From: Anaeromyxobacter sp.
GTDB taxonomy: Bacteria > Myxococcota > Myxococcia > Myxococcales > Anaeromyxobacteraceae
Assembly (NCBI GenBank): GCA_049840735.1
Contig: JASGJN010000002.1
Location: forward strand, 32,001-96,000
DNA length: 64,000 nt
Reading direction: 5' to 3'
Shown: positions 63,810 through 64,000 of the stretch, piece by piece
Layout of the letters: the number at the start of each line of letters is the position of its first letter
Position numbering within the stretch: the first letter of the stretch is position 1
The notes under the pieces: generated by a model
The model's database searches: none
Told to the model about the DNA's origin: nothing
What the model saw: only the letters and a program-made list of their open reading frames with translations
Made by a program: the position numbers and the translations under genes

Positions 63810-64000
63810 TCACGCCCCCAGCATCTGCCGCTCGACCAGCCGCCTGTACAGGCCGGCCCGCGTCATCAGCTCGGCGTGCCGGCCGGCCTCCACCACGGCG
63901 CCGCCGTCCACCACCACCACGCGATCCGCGCTGGCCACGGTGGAGAGCCGGTGGGCGATGATGAGCGTGGTCCGGCCGCGCATCAGCCGCGCCAGCGCCT
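63810..64000 (-). CDS. C-terminus of an MsbA-like ABC transporter ATP-binding/permease protein; starts outside the window
   Basis: [40 protein letters not shown]...GLYRRL. Confidence 0.9.
   Translation of the reverse strand, partial: ALARLMRGRTTLIIAHRLSTVASADRVVVVDGGAVVEAGRHAELMTRAGLYRRLVERQMLGA

Noticed and set aside
133..63813. Many very long ORFs in the track (for example 13366..17436 +, 57210..62162 -, 9293..11926 +, 42700..46827 - as one protein)
   Set aside because: They are antisense or off-frame shadows of real genes in GC-rich DNA, or chimeras created by indels. They are Arg/Pro/Gly/Ala-rich and have no motifs of their own.

Overview
A very GC-rich bacterial window; gene content and order suggest an Anaeromyxobacter-like myxobacterium (inference). 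Most long ORFs in the supplied track are antisense or off-frame shadows. More than 20 real genes are split by single-base indels that look like long-read consensus errors. From left to right: (1) an exoA-I-type spore-coat/surface polysaccharide operon with a sigma54 promoter and an adjacent sigma54 activator; (2) SpoIID, class IV aminotransferase, SpoIIM and RDD genes; (3) an accessory patch around tRNA-Lys holding a truncated TnpB-family gene, whose RuvC-II segment has been cut out and reinserted upstream in reverse, plus a Fic-domain gene; (4) a five-gene operon with 45 CxxCH heme motifs, a beta-barrel, and a ferredoxin/TrxB-type flavoprotein/heme-b membrane fusion, which together could form an NAD(P)H-to-cell-surface electron conduit; (5) cysK, a desaturase and tRNA-Glu; (6) a starch-utilisation region (two GH13 lipoproteins, a GH119 enzyme, a tandem CBM21 protein) that brackets a sigma54-driven nitrate/nitrite assimilation operon. 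A window-wide signal: 13 frameshifts are exactly GATC read as GAATC/GATTC, and several substitutions are C-to-T at the C of GATC, which points to genome-wide GATC cytosine modification. All family assignments come from motif recognition, not database searches.
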